Assembly: GCF_001194135.2 (NCBI RefSeq)
Contig: NC_068988.1
Location: forward strand, 11,094,696-11,158,164
DNA length: 63,469 nt
From: Octopus bimaculoides
Taxonomy: Eukaryota
Direction: 5' to 3'
Position 1 is the first letter of the stretch. Each line of letters begins with the position of its first letter. Shown one piece after another: positions 41,378-54,133 of this stretch. The notes below the pieces were generated by a model, which saw only the letters and a program-made list of their open reading frames with translations, did not search any database and was not told where the DNA came from. The position numbers and the translations under genes are program-made.

Positions 41378-41935
41378 CAGATGGTACAATGTCGTTATTG
41401 ATATGCGTCAACAAACTTTTGCTGCAGTAAACGCTTTGAATTTGTTTGATTTCATTTCACTATCTGACGATTACATAATGCAAATTTCAAATGTTACCAA
41501 ATTAAAGGAATGTCAATGTAATTGTATTCATTGGCATTTAAAAGTTAGAATAGAGAGTATAATCTGATGGAAATAAAGTGGATTAAAATACACGTAGGAA
41601 TGAGACGAATTTTGAATCAGCATGATCTGGTGAATTTGGTAGGTGTGCAAAATTAATCTATTAAATTTGATGTGAATGTGTAACTAGTTGTCAAAATGTT
41701 ACCTAGAGAGAAATAAACTTAGAGTAACTTAATATATGCTTGTTTTAAAATAAAATGCTAAGTTGCAAGTACTGCAATTAAATAAAAGCAATTAACGTTT
41801 AAGCGTTAATTGCGGCTTAGATTAATTAATTGAAAATATAATGATGTAAAACACGAGTTTCTGAGTTCAATCAGACCAATAATTAATAACACAATTATAA
41901 CTACAAAGTATGTGACTGTTACTGAAAATTTTATT
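41378..41935 (+). repeat. Old direct repeat, copy 1 (partner 43858-44410)
   Basis: Colinear blocks such as ACGATTACATAATGCAAA, AATGTTACCAAATTA.AGGAATGT, TATAATCTGA.GGAA, GCATGATCTG, AATTAATCTAT, GTTTTAAAATAAAAT, GAGTTTCTGAG. Confidence 0.85.
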
Positions 41936-42167
41936 AACTATGAGTGTCGTTATATGTTAATCTTTCATCTTTTACTTGCTTTATTCACTGGGCTTGGACC
42001 ATGCTGGGGCACCGCCGTAAACTTTTTAGCCGATCTGTCCGTCGTTTGCTGAACAAAGCAACAGTAGGACACAAACACGTGCAAAGACGCACACATACAC
42101 ATGCACACACACACACACACGCACACACGCGCGCGTATTAATATCATATTTATATACACACATATAC

Positions 42168-42423
42168 GTAGGTGCAGGAGCGGCTGTGTGCTAAGTAGCT
42201 TGCTTACCAACCACATGGTTCCGAGTTCAGTCCCACTGCGTGGCATCTTGATTGACAACCGATGCTGGTGTGTTAATGTCCCCGTCAACTAGCGGTTCGG
42301 CAAAAGAGACCGATAGAATAAGTACTAGGCTTACAAAGAATAAGTCCCGGGGTCGATTTGCTCGACTAAATGCGGTGCTCCAGTATGGCCGCAAGTCAAA
42401 TGACTAAAACAAGTAAAAGAGCG
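42168..42423 (+). mobile_element. SINE family B with internal deletion
   Basis: Head ...GCGTGGCATCTTG joined directly to ATTGACAACCGATGC 3' body. Confidence 0.9.
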
Positions 42424-42500
42424 TAAAAAAAAAGTATACATACATACATACATGTATGTTTGTGTATGCGTGTGCTTGTGTGTGTGGGTATACACATGAA

Positions 42501-42696
42501 CGAGGAGATGCTGAAAAATTCTTGACTTTTAGGGTGTCGCGAAAAGCCTGCTTGGAGGTCCAAATTTCCGAGTTCTTTTACAGTGCTTTGAAAAACTGAA
42601 AGACCGCTGAGGGCCAAACATTGAATAAAATCGTAAACAACGGATCCTTCTGTATATTCTTTTACTCAAAGCCAGGAACTCTTCAGCACTGCCTTG
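42501..42696 (+). mobile_element. Mariner-derived MITE, copy 2 (196 bp)
   Basis: TIRs CGAGGAGATGCTGAAAAATTCTTGACTTT and AAAGCCAGGAACTCTTCAGCACTGCCTTG+TA; interior reads like a mariner transposase C-terminus (KACLEVQISEF..QCFEKLKDR, with frameshift). Confidence 0.82.
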
Positions 42697-43038
42697 TATA
42701 TTTATATCATTTTGTCATATACTTCAACAATAAAACGCTTTTAGCCGCAAAACTCAAAAAATATATAGACTGAAACCTTTAAGCTATACAAAACCCTCGA
42801 GACAAAATCTCCTACCATTCTTTTCACTTTTGCTACAGATGTTTATATATATTATATTTGCTTAATTCATCTTAAGAATACTTCAGTTGAAGTATGATAG
42901 TAGTCTGTGAAAACGTATCGTTGTATTTCTTGTTTTTTTGTTTTTTTTTCACATCTATAAACACATTGAATAAAATTATTCTTGAATTATGTTAAAAAGT
43001 TAAACGTGACTGTTCGTCAAGAAACTTAATTTTCAACG

Positions 43039-43385
43039 TCATGGTTCCGAGTTCATTGCCACTGTGTGGTACCTTGGGCAATTGTTTTCTACTATAGGTT
43101 CTGACCGACCAAAGCCTTACGAGTAGATGTAGTAGACGGAATCTTAAAGAATGCCGCCGCGCATGTGTGTGTGTGTGTATTTGTGCGTATATTTGTTCTG
43201 CTTATCATCCCATCATCGCTTGACAACTGGTGCTGGTGAGTTTATGTCCCCGTAAATTAGCGGTTTGCTGAAAGAAATCGATGGAAAAATTAGTGGGGAC
43301 GATTCATTCGAGTAAATACTTTTCAAGGTGGTGTCGCAGCATGGCGGAATTTCAATACCTGAAAAAAGTAAAAGATAAAAGATAC
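43039..43385 (+). mobile_element. SINE family B, diverged
   Basis: CATGGTTCCGAGTTC...CTTGGGCAA...GACCAAAGCC...CATCGCTTGACAAC...GCAGCATGGC blocks. Confidence 0.85.
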
Positions 43386-43857
43386 CAGAAGGTAATCTTT
43401 ATATCCAACTTAACATGGATGTCTTCTTAGGAAAACGAATACTGCGTTATTAGCCTTGAGATATGCTCTCATATAGGTTGTGCGTGCATTAAATGCACAC
43501 ACATAGATCGTAACAGATTTGTCATGGACGCAAGATTTCACATATCACATGATTTCATTTTACCGGAAATCATCAGTGGAAAACGTCCGGACACCGCATG
43601 CCTCTCCAATCTCGTTACTACGCTATATAGAATATCAGCATTTTTTCGGGATGACGTAAATAGCTTACAGGTTTATTTAGAAGTATTTATTAGCCACGGC
43701 AGCAGTATTATTAATACAAAAATGTAATTTCTATATCCAGATTAATATGGATGTCTCGTTAGAACCCGTTGTGTTAGACTACGTTATTAGACTTGAGACA
43801 TACATTCAGAAAAGTACTTGGCTCATAAAAGCACACATAACGATTTGTGAAAACTTT

Positions 43858-44410
43858 CAGTTGTATCGCGTCGCTACTGATAGCCGTAAGTAAATTTTGT
43901 TGCATTAAAAACTTCGGTATTAGTTTGATGTAACTTTATTGTCTAACGATTACATAACGATTACATAATGCAAAACGCAAATGTTACCAAATTACAGGAA
44001 TGTGAGTTGAAGTGTATCATTTTCACTTAAATTATAATCTGACGGAACTAAAGTCGGTTAAAACAGATTCAGGAACAAAATTAAATTCAAATTTGCATGA
44101 TCTGTTAAATTTTCTTGGTGTGTAGAATTAATCTATAAGATTTTAGGTGAATGAATAACTAGTTGTAATAATGTTACTTACAGAGAAATAAACGTAAAGT
44201 AACTTAACACTTGGTTGTTTTAAAATAAAATTCTATGTTGCATGCACTATAATTAAATAAACACAGTTAATCTTTGGACATTAGTTGTGAGCTAATTTAA
44301 TTAATTAACTTAAAATATAAATTAGTAGAAAATGAGTTTCTGAGGTCAATGAGATTGTTAATTAACTGAAGAATGATAATTAAGAAGTATGTAGCTGTTA
44401 TTGAATAGTT
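43858..44410 (+). repeat. Old direct repeat, copy 2 (partner 41378-41935)
   Basis: Colinear blocks shared with copy 1. Confidence 0.85.
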
Positions 44411-44734
44411 TACTTGATACAGGTGTATCTGTATGATGTCAACTTTTTTCATTGATTTCCAATTCTGGCAGAAGGCCAACCATTTCGTGAAATGAGTTTA
44501 AGTTGATTACAACGAAGGTAATGTTCAACTAGTACTTATTTACTGACCCCGAAAGAATGAAGGGCATATGCAAAATATAAATTAGTCCTATAGCGCACAA
44601 TATTCTTGATGGTCAGTAATGGTCTTGCTCGATCACGAGTGGAGGCCATGATCCCTCCAATACACCACGACGGCTGAATCGTTTGAACCTTTTCTACTTC
44701 TTGTAACTTTTTATACTTTCTTTTCTGTGTTCCT

Positions 44735-44856
44735 TTCTGTGGAAGAACATAGGCTCGAAATGTGAAAGACATTTACATATCTCGAGCGTTGAACTAATAC
44801 ACCTGTTGTCTACACTACCTGTCTCCGTCTTTTGTTTTTTCTTTGTGAATTCTCCC

Positions 44857-44860
<4 letters not shown>
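44735..44860 (+). mobile_element. Short PLE pseudo-LTR-like fragment with degenerate hammerhead-like motif, copy 2
   Basis: CTGTGGAAGAACATAGGCTCGAAATGT...TCGAGCGTTGAACTAATACACCTGTT...GTCTCCGTCTTTTG...GAATTCTCCCTATATAT. Confidence 0.5.
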
Positions 44861-44902
<42 letters not shown>

Positions 44903-44959
44903 TGTGTGTGTGTGTGTATGTATATATGCGTGTGCGTTTGTGTGTCTATATGTATGTTT

Positions 44960-45140
44960 GTGTGTCTGTGCTTGTCCCCCACCATCGCTTGACGACCGAT
45001 AATGTCATATTTAGGTCCCCGTAATTAATGGTTTGCCATTAGAGACCAATGGGACAAGTACTAGGCTTACAAAGAATGATTTGTTCGACTAAACTCGGTG
45101 CTCCAGCATGGCCGCAGTCAAATGACAAATACAAGTAGAA
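44960..45140 (+). mobile_element. SINE family B, 3' half only
   Basis: CATCGCTTGACGACCGAT...AAGTACTAGGCTTACAAAGAAT...GGTGCTCCAGCATGGCCGCAGTCAAATGAC. Confidence 0.85.
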
Positions 45141-46543
45141 GGTCGTTTCTACCCTTTCTGCTACATTACCTTATGGATGGGACTCCTTTTAACATGTTTT
45201 GTTGCATCAATTTTTCAGTGTGGGTCTTATCAGATACACATATTCATACAGTACCTGAGGTTTGGTTGTGAAGTTACTATATGCCCGTCAGGTTTTGGAA
45301 TGAAGCATCACTAAAAGATTCTATTTCTATTATTTTTTCTTCAATAAATGTTACAAATACTTCTAAATATAAACAAATAATTGTTGATATTGTTTTATCT
45401 CGTAGTGTGTTGTGTACAAGCATCCTTATTTTCAAATAAAGCAGATTCATGTGCTGAGAGCCTAGAGATTGTTTGGAGAAACAACGTATTCTCTAAATAC
45501 CCGCGTAGCCTCGTGTTTTCATAGCAACAAACTTTTAGTAGGTTTTATCTCTATGAGTGCATATTAAATAATATTTATCTCTTACTGGATGGAGTACCTG
45601 TGTTCTTCATCTTACCTTACATGAACAGGAATCTATATTTGTGTACATGTGTGTAAGTATATATCGTATTATGCATGTAGGTATATATATATANNNNNNN
45701 NNNNNNNNNNNNNNNNNNNNNNNNNNNNNNNNNNNNNNNNNNNNNNNNNNNNNNNNNNNNNNNNNNNNNNNNNNNNNNNNNNNNNNNNNNNNNNNNNNNN
45801 NNNNNNNNNNNNNNNNNNNNNNNNNNNNNNNNNNNNNNNNNNNNNNNNNNNNNNNNNNNNNNNNNNNNNNNNNNNNNNNNNNNNNNNNNNNNNNNNNNNN
45901 NNNNNNNNNNNNNNNNNNNNNNNNNNNNNNNNNNNNNNNNNNNNNNNNNNNNNNNNNNNNNNNNNNNNNNNNNNNNNNNNNNNNNNNNNNNNNNNNNNNN
46001 NNNNNNNNNNNNNNNNNNNNNNNNNNNNNNNNNNNNNNNNNNNNNNNNNNNNNNNNNNNNNNNNNNNNNNNNNNNNNNNNNNNNNNNNNNNNNNNNNNNN
46101 NNNNNNNNNNNNNNNNNNNNNNNNNNNNNNNNNNNNNNNNNNNNNNNNNNNNNNNNNNNNNNNNNNNNNNNNNNNNNNNNNNNNNNNNNNNNNNNNNNNN
46201 NNNNNNNNNNNNNNNNNNNNNNNNNNNNNNNNNNNNNNNNNNNNNNNNNNNNNNNNNNNNNNGTATTACAGGAACATCATCCAAAAGAGACAATGGACAT
46301 TTCTTAATAGACATTATCGCTTTTGATGTCTCGTCCAACACTACTTAAAAGCAAATATATAGACATGTTAGAAAGAAAATATTTACACCAAACAAATGAT
46401 ACCACCATCTTATAAATGGTGTGTAGAATTATCGCTCTAAATGTTGGATTCTACAGCTTTTGACAGCATTATAATCGCTACTATATATAATATGCAGGTG
46501 CTTACTTGCCTACAATTCAATCCTAAATATGCGCATATATACA

Positions 46544-46575
<32 letters not shown>

Positions 46576-46651
46576 CATACATGCACATAATTATAAATTA
46601 TTAAGGTGGTTATTTTATATGTATACACTTTTGCTCACCTTATATGTGAGT

Positions 46652-46699
<48 letters not shown>

Positions 46700-46789
46700 C
46701 AGCGGAAAGAGTACTCTANNNNNNNNNNTATACCATATTTTAGATTTTACCAATAATTTATTATTCCAGATTTACCCTCTCGGTTCAAA

Positions 46790-46866
46790 TACTCTTTAAC
46801 TCTTTTAGTTGTTTCAGTCATCTGACTGCAGCCATGCTGGAGCACCGCCTTTAGTCGAGCAAATCG
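46790..46866 (-). mobile_element. SINE family B tail fragment abutting the DD37D element
   Basis: TTTCAGTCATCTGACTGCAGCCATGCTGGAGCACCGCCTTTAGTCGAGCAAATCG. Confidence 0.85.
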
Positions 46867-48472
46867 TCTGTGAGAAGAAAAAAAAGCATGAGGCAATTCA
46901 GTCTGTCAGAAATTTGGAAACGACATGCTACAGTACATGGCATTTGCGCCGGAGGCTCCAAAACAAACATTTCAAAGTGTTTTGGGTTTCAATCCCAGGA
47001 GAGTGCAAAGGATTTGGAAAGAGTTGGATGACTCTAATGGTGATTATGAAGGTGGTGCAGTGCGGAAAACCCACTCTGATCATTCTGATAAGAGTTTCTG
47101 AATTGGTTGGTGAGATGCAGCCGATAATTGACAATGATCTCTCCAACTTGATAAGGTCCCTCGCCAGAGACATGGGAGTGTCTTATCAGTTTCTTGTGGG
47201 AGTTTCTTATCAGGCAGATAGTGCATGAATACACGCACTATTCTTCATAGAAGATGAGAAAGGGTCAATTTTTATGCCAAGCAATCAAGACAAGAGAAAA
47301 GAACACGCTCCGAATCTTTGAACAAAATCTAGTACCTCCTCCAACTGAACATGCTTTGGTTTTTCTCAGACGAGAAAACGTCTTCGAGGATCAGATGGTG
47401 AACTCAGAGAACAACCGTTGGCTTGCCGTGTCCCAAAAACATGTAAGGACATAAAAATCAAACATCCAGCCAACATCATAATGTTTGGAGTGATCACTAG
47501 TGATGGCGAGGTAATCGCTCCATTCACCTTCCCACACGACCTCACACTCAACATGGAGGCCTAGAGGCGCTAGTGCTGCCCTGAGACAACAGGGTGGCTA
47601 TTGGAAGATCCAAAATCTGGGAACATGACTCTGCACCATGCCAAACAAGTAGGAGTACTCAGTCATGCAATTTCTGCGACCACATCACACCTAACATCTG
47701 GCCACCTAAGTCCCCNNNNNNNNNNNNNNNNNNNNNNNNNNNNNNNNNNNNNNNNNNNNNNNNNNNNNNNNNNNNNNNNNNNNNNNNNNNNNNNNNNNNN
47801 NNNNNNNNNNNNNNNNNNNNNNNNNNNNNNNNNNNNNNNNNNNNNNNNNNNNNNNNNNNNNNNNNNNNNNNNNNNNNNNNNNNNNNNNNNNNNNNNNNNN
47901 NNNNNNNNNNNNNNNNNNNNNNNNNNNNNNNNNNNNNNNNNNNNNNNNNNNNNNNNNNNNNNNNNNNNNNNNNNNNNNNNNNNNNNNNNNNNNNNNNNNN
48001 NNNNNNNNNNNNNNNNNNNNNNNNNNNNNNNNNNNNNNNNNNNNTCTGGGAACATGACTCTGCACCATGCCAAACAAGTAGGAGTACTCAGTCATGCAAT
48101 TTCTGCGACCACATCACACCTAACATCTGGCCACCTAAGTCCCCGGACTACAAACTCCTTGATTATTATGTGGTGGGCATAGCTGAGTGAGAGATTAACA
48201 CAACTCCATGTAACACCAAATATGAAGAGGAGGCAAGGGCTATGGCACCATTCACCAAATTAAACACGGAGACCGTCCAGAAGAGTAGCAGGAGAACGCG
48301 ATGTCTTCTGTAGGCCGTGGCTGAATCTAATGGAGATTTTATTGGATAGATTTACTCTTTCATATTTGAAAATATTTTTATTAAAATTTGGTAAATAAAT
48401 CTGTTAAATTGAGGTGCCAGTGTTATTTTCATTTTAACGTAATTTAGACAACAATGTACACCGCACGCTGTA
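46867..48472 (+). mobile_element. Near full-length, decayed DD37D (maT-like) Tc1/mariner transposon
   Basis: ATG 46888 (MRQFSLSEIWKRHA); VQRIWKELDDSNGDYEG; SLARDMGVS; MRKGQFL; FSDEK (47360s); WEHDSAPC; WPPKSPDYKLLDYY; right end CCGCACGCTG+TA at 48461-48472; left TIR not seen; many stops and frameshifts. Confidence 0.92.
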
Positions 48473-48478
48473 TGTATA

Positions 48479-48511
<33 letters not shown>

Positions 48512-49179
48512 NNNNNNNNNNNNNNNNNNNNNNNNNNNNNNNNNNNNNNNNNNNNNNNNNNNNNNNNNNNNNNNNNNNNNNNNNNNNNNNNNNNNNNNNN
48601 NNNNNNNNNNNNNNNNNNNNNNNNNNNNNNNNNNNNNNNNNNNNNNNNNNNNNNNNNNNNNNNNNNNNNNNNNNNNNNNNNNNNNNNNNNNNNNNNNNNN
48701 NNNNNNNNNNNNNNNNNNNNNNNNNNNNNNNNNNNNNNNNNNNNNNNNNNNNNNNNNNNNNNNNNNNNNNNNNNNNNNNNNNNNNNNNNNNNNNNNNNNN
48801 NNNNNNNNNNNNNNNNNNNNNNNNNNNNNNNNNNNNNNNNNNNNNNNNNNNNNNNNNNNNNNNNNNNNNNNNNNNNNNNNNNNNNNNNNNNNNNNNNNNN
48901 NNNNNNNNNNNNNNNNNNNNNNNNNNNNNNNNNNNNNNNNNNNNNNNNNNNNNNNNNNNNNNNNNNNNNNNNNNNNNNNNNNNNNNNNNNNNNNNNNNNN
49001 NNNNNNNNNNNNNNNNNNNNNNNNNNNNNNNNNNNNNNNNNNNNNNNNNNNNNNNNNNNNNNNNNNNNNNNNNNNNNNNNNNNNNNNNNNNNNNNNNNNN
49101 NNNNNNNNNNNNNNNNNNNNNNNNNNNNNNNNNNNNNNNNNNNNNNNNNNNNNNNNNNNNNNNNNNNNNNNNNNNNNNN

Positions 49180-49318
49180 TAGATAGATACATACATACAT
49201 ACATACATACATACATAGACAGTCAGACAGACAGGCAGGCAGTCAGACAGGCTGACAGACTAACAGACAGACAGACAGACAGACAGACAATCAGACAGAC
49301 GGACTGACATACATACAT

Positions 49319-49392
<74 letters not shown>
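49180..49392. repeat. (TACA)n/(CAGA)n/(TAGA)n compound tetranucleotide array
   Basis: Direct read. Confidence 0.95.
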
Positions 49393-49989
49393 GCAATCAT
49401 ATATAATAAGAACAAAACGTCGTACTAATGAGTTTGTGTATTATTGATCAAACGCAAATACTTCTGGTATGAATGTGTGATATCATAGAAACCAATCTAC
49501 GGCCGCCAGCTATAATCAGTATGCTATTTTTCGGCGGATGTAAACACTGGTGCGGTAAATACTTTTATTACTATTATCATTATAATTATTGGTATTTTAT
49601 TTTTGAGACATGAGCGACATATAATTACGAAGATGGCAGGCATTCGTGTATGCCATACAACAAGATGAAACGCATCGATAAAGTGCGTTTATCCAAGTAA
49701 TGAGTAGCAAAATCTCCCTTAAGAATTGTTTATATATAACAAGAGATACTTACGCATGAGATAACGTCCATCTGATCAGGTTAGTTAAAATTTTGCGTAA
49801 TATTAATGTTACAGCAAAGATTGCTTTTAGCCCTTAATTCCCGTAAACACAAAGGACCTCTTTCTGTCTCGCTGGGATCTATTCTACTAAGTATAATCTA
49901 GATAAGATTAAGAGTGATTAAGACATAGTAATCCAGGGAGAATGTAATTTCAATTAGAAATGTAAAATATATGTTCAGATGTAGACGCA

Positions 49990-50600
49990 CGCATGGCAGT
50001 GGGATAAGAATTTTGCTACGTAACCAAATGTTCGTGGTTCAGTCTTGCTGCATTACACCTTGGCTTTGGATCTACTAATACTTCACGCCGATCAATGACT
50101 TGTGAGTGTAATTGGTAGACAGAAACTGAAGGAAGCCCGACGTATACATAAAGAGTGGCCCAAAAGAAGGTTTACAGTTACTAAGTAAGAACTTTAAGTT
50201 TCTTTTAAAACATGTTATTACATTTAAATTTCTATCTTACAGTGAACTAAATTGGCATAGAATAATGATTTCATTTTTTTTATATATATATAATTAAAAT
50301 CTAAACTGTTAATATATTAATGAGAAAAAGATTGTTGAATAAACTGTAAACCTACTTTTGAGCCACACTGTATGTGTGTCTGGTGAGTGTATGTACGTAT
50401 GTATCCCATCACCGCTTGACAAGAGTGATGTTGGTGTGTTTACATCCTAGTAATTTAATGATTCGGCAACAGTGTCCGATAGAATAAGTACCAGGCTTAA
50501 ACGTATCATTACTGGGATCCATGCATTCAAATAAACGTTTACAGAATTTGCCCCAGCATGGCTGCAGTTTACTGAGTGGCACAAGTAAACGATAAACGAC
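49990..50600 (+). mobile_element. Old SINE family B copy split by a Tc1-like MITE
   Basis: 5' half ends ...GGTAGACAGAAACTGAAGGAAGCCCGACGTATA (~50146); 3' half resumes CATCACCGCTTGACAA...GATAGAATAAGTACCAGGCTT...GCATGGCTGCAG. Confidence 0.8.
50149..50372. mobile_element. Tc1-like MITE with ~29-bp TIRs and TA flanks
   Basis: Left TA+AAGAGTGGCCCAAAAGAAGGTTTACAGTT; right AACTGTAAACCTACTTTTGAGCCACACTG+TA. Confidence 0.82.
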
Positions 50601-53600
50601 ACAATAGTTCAGGTGTGAATTGATTTGTAAATACAAATGCGTTAAAGTTTCATATATATAATATAACAATTTGAAAAGGATCTTCTGAAACTATCCCAGC
50701 AATGAGTGCACAAATTCCCTATCCAGGGATGCTTAAAATCAAACTCAAAACACAAGGAACATAACTTAGATATAATCGGTTGTTTCACCACCATAACTTC
50801 ACAACTGGCGATGGTTTAGTTATTTATTTATTTACCTGCTCTTTCATTTTCATATAATAATAAACGTGTTGTTTCTTATGTACAAAATCATGTATATATG
50901 TACTTATCCATCCCAAAATATATTGCGGCAGCTCCGAACGTGATCTGCCGAACGTGGATATATCAATCGCTAATGTATGTCTTTATCCCATTCTCCCTGT
51001 AGACGATATCGTTTCGTAATTCACTTCATTCAGTGATGCAGTGCTTTATCTGGTTGTAAGTTTTTAGTCAAAGCAACCTGTGAATTGGCGAATGAAATAA
51101 CCAAACGTGGTGGCTCTCGTTTACAGAAATCAGCAACTAAATTATATGGTGATATGTGCTGATGTACGCTAAGCGGGTTACATTCTTTTTTAACGTAGAT
51201 TAAATAGTTGCTGTTAAAGATGCGTATAAACTGTATACGATATTCACACTTGCTGCGTATCATTGCAAACGGAGTGTAATTTATATTGAATATTCGATAT
51301 AGAGTATCAATATTGTTAAGAAATAAAATACCATCTTTTAAAGACATTCTCAAAAAAGTAGTCAAATCAGCCTCCAGTACTACGGTATGATATGCTCTAA
51401 GAGCTAATTCGCTGAGATTGCCTAAATGTTAAATTATCTAAACATGATTGCAGTTCAACGACTGGAAACATTAAAAGAATAAAATAGTTCTATAAATATT
51501 ATAATAGTATTATCCAATAGCCATGACGTTCTGATTACGTCATTCCTCGCATTCGTGTGCAGAAGAATTATGATTTGCAAATGCTCTGAGTTATATATAA
51601 TACCTGCATAATACAATAAGAATTAGTATCCCATCCGTACAGTACCGAAACTTGCAGAAGTGAAGCAACACCTGCTGCTTGGATAGAGTTAACTTTATTC
51701 ACAATTTTTCATTTTCTTAACCAAATCATTTGAAATATAACAAATGCTGAATACTCTTCGCTTGGTGATTGCGTCTCGAATAATCTTGATAAGAGATTTA
51801 CTCTATCTCGTCGCTAAACAAAAAAACAACAGTAAATTCGTTTACATAAATCGAAGTTGGCTGGAGAAAGAATTCCGATATGTTAAGTCTGTTCCGCTGC
51901 GTTGTAAATGACAAACGCTGTTTTGAAATACGTGGTGTTATGTTGTAGTGGAAGTTATCGATCCGTTGATTACACATAGTCGTTTGAACAACTCTCACTG
52001 TTCCATAAACCTGCTCGATAGCCGCAGACATAAACTATATAACAGCAATAAACCAATGAATGTTATTCATTGTTCGTTCGTACAGCTTTCAATTTGTTCG
52101 CCATAGATAAAAGACTTAAGTAATGGTGGAATAGAACCTTCGCTAATAACGTACCTTCCTTTTTTTATGAAGCTTTATCTGTCGCCTAATTAATATTGAA
52201 TTAAATGAAGATACAAAACATTGCTATTTAATTTTATATGGCACGAAAATAGATTGATGAAAAACGTACTCAAATATAACCTCTTAAATATGCGGATCTT
52301 GCTGATGATTTGGTGATAGCAATAGAAATGATAATTAGAAATGAAATAAATAAACAATATACCATTTAAAGAATCGATGAGGATGTAACAAACACGCAAA
52401 ATTAATATACATTTCAATTATCAGATATATTAATACACTTTACAAAGAGATGCGAGGACACAAAGAAATGGAGGAAAGAATTAATTTAAAACTGTTAACC
52501 TAAATTCTTCTAAATTAAAGTGCACTGACCTTTCTTGATACAATGAGGATAGGGAATAAATCATTCTAAACTGTGTTTATTAAAATAAATGTCACTAATA
52601 TTATCGATGTTCGGTTTGCTAATGGTACTCCACTTGATATTGCCATTGTTGTTGTTGCTTGGGTTTTCATGTGCTCACTACACAATCGGTCGTCGAATGT
52701 AATTATATATAATTTTTGGCAAGGATTTAATAGATAAACATGCTCTAATTAAAAATTATTATCAGCCTTTTATTAATTGTTGTCATTGTCAATGTCTGCG
52801 CCACCAAATGATTAATACAGTCTTTTTTTTTTTTTACTATTTCAATATTTCTCTCTGTTTTATCAGTCGCGCAGAGAACATCAAACTAGGCATGTATTCA
52901 TTAATTTTCAGTAAATTCATACTTATTAAAGTAAATATTTTAAAAAATAAGAAATTGCGTGTAAGAGATATAAAATTGATGAATAGACTGACGTAGAGTG
53001 TCTTGGGTATGCTGGATAATTCGATATATATTTCATCAAAAGTACAGACTTTTATGGCTAGAATTTAAATATCTTCAATGATACACATTGCATTTTCAGT
53101 GTACATGACAACTTCGAATTGCAATAGAAGCAATATTTTGTATCAGGGGAACATCTCAAAACGTATTGTATGACACAAAACACGTTTACTAGATTAGAAT
53201 ACCATCCACGAAGGAATTGTATTCCGAAATATTATCGGACTATAGATAACTAAATTACAATAGGTATATAGTCCATTTTTTCTATTATAGTGTATTGTTG
53301 TACCATTCAAAACTTTTTATTCTTTACATACAATACTCTCCAATCAAACATGGTGTTTCTATCTAATTTGTTCTTCTCAGTGATGAACACGAGCAGACTT
53401 TATGACCTCCTAAGCTGAAAAATATTTGTGACGAATAGAAATTGCTAAGTAAAGTACAAACTAAATTGTGTGAAATCTGGCCAAACAAGAATATGTAATT
53501 GATACAGCTTGAGATTGAAAGAATGATAAATATAGCATTAATATTCTACGAGTAAATGAGGACCGATTCTATCTGCAATACTTTGTTACGTACAAAGTTG

Positions 53601-54133
53601 CCAAACATTGCTTGTGTATTAAAAAAACAAAAAAAACTTTGGTTCTTCATTGCTTAACTACGTATTTAACAATGTAACCTATTTATTAATTTCTTTATTC
53701 GTCTATCCGTCAATCTGTCTATATTTATCTTTTTTCAAAGAGATACTGTTATCCACATATCAAGTAATTAACTTTTAGAATTTTTATATTTACAATTATG
53801 TATATTGCATCTGCATCTCATGGGGCTTGTGAAAATAATACTAAAATATCAATTTATTCAAATGCTATTAAATCATCGATTTTTTATCCATTCCCTGGGT
53901 TGTTTTCTTCGATGTACTTTAATCAATGTTGCTAAAACCAAACACAGTTAGAAACTTGGAAACCAAAATAACACAAACACGGAGACGTTTCTATTGTGTG
54001 CGTGTGTGTGTGTGTGTATGTGTCTGTGTCTGTGTCTGTGTGTGAGTGTGTGTATGTTTTGTGTTTTGTGTTTTTGTTTTGATTTTTGCTATTTATATGT
54101 AGCAACAGCATTAGCAGATAATTCTATATTTAA

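Noticed and set aside
47614-48145. Identical ~100-bp stretch on both sides of the gap 47716-48043
   Set aside because: Unmerged contig overlap is the simplest explanation.
51003-51055. 53-nt segment with strong acceptor and GTAAGT donor (TISFRNSLHSVMQCFIW)
   Set aside because: Peptide unrecognised and phases do not fit the other candidates; splice signals alone are insufficient.
51798-52035. 77-aa minus ORF, and a CGYRAGLWNSESC lectin-like word in another frame
   Set aside because: The lectin-like frame stops before the terminal Cys and lacks the rest of the domain.
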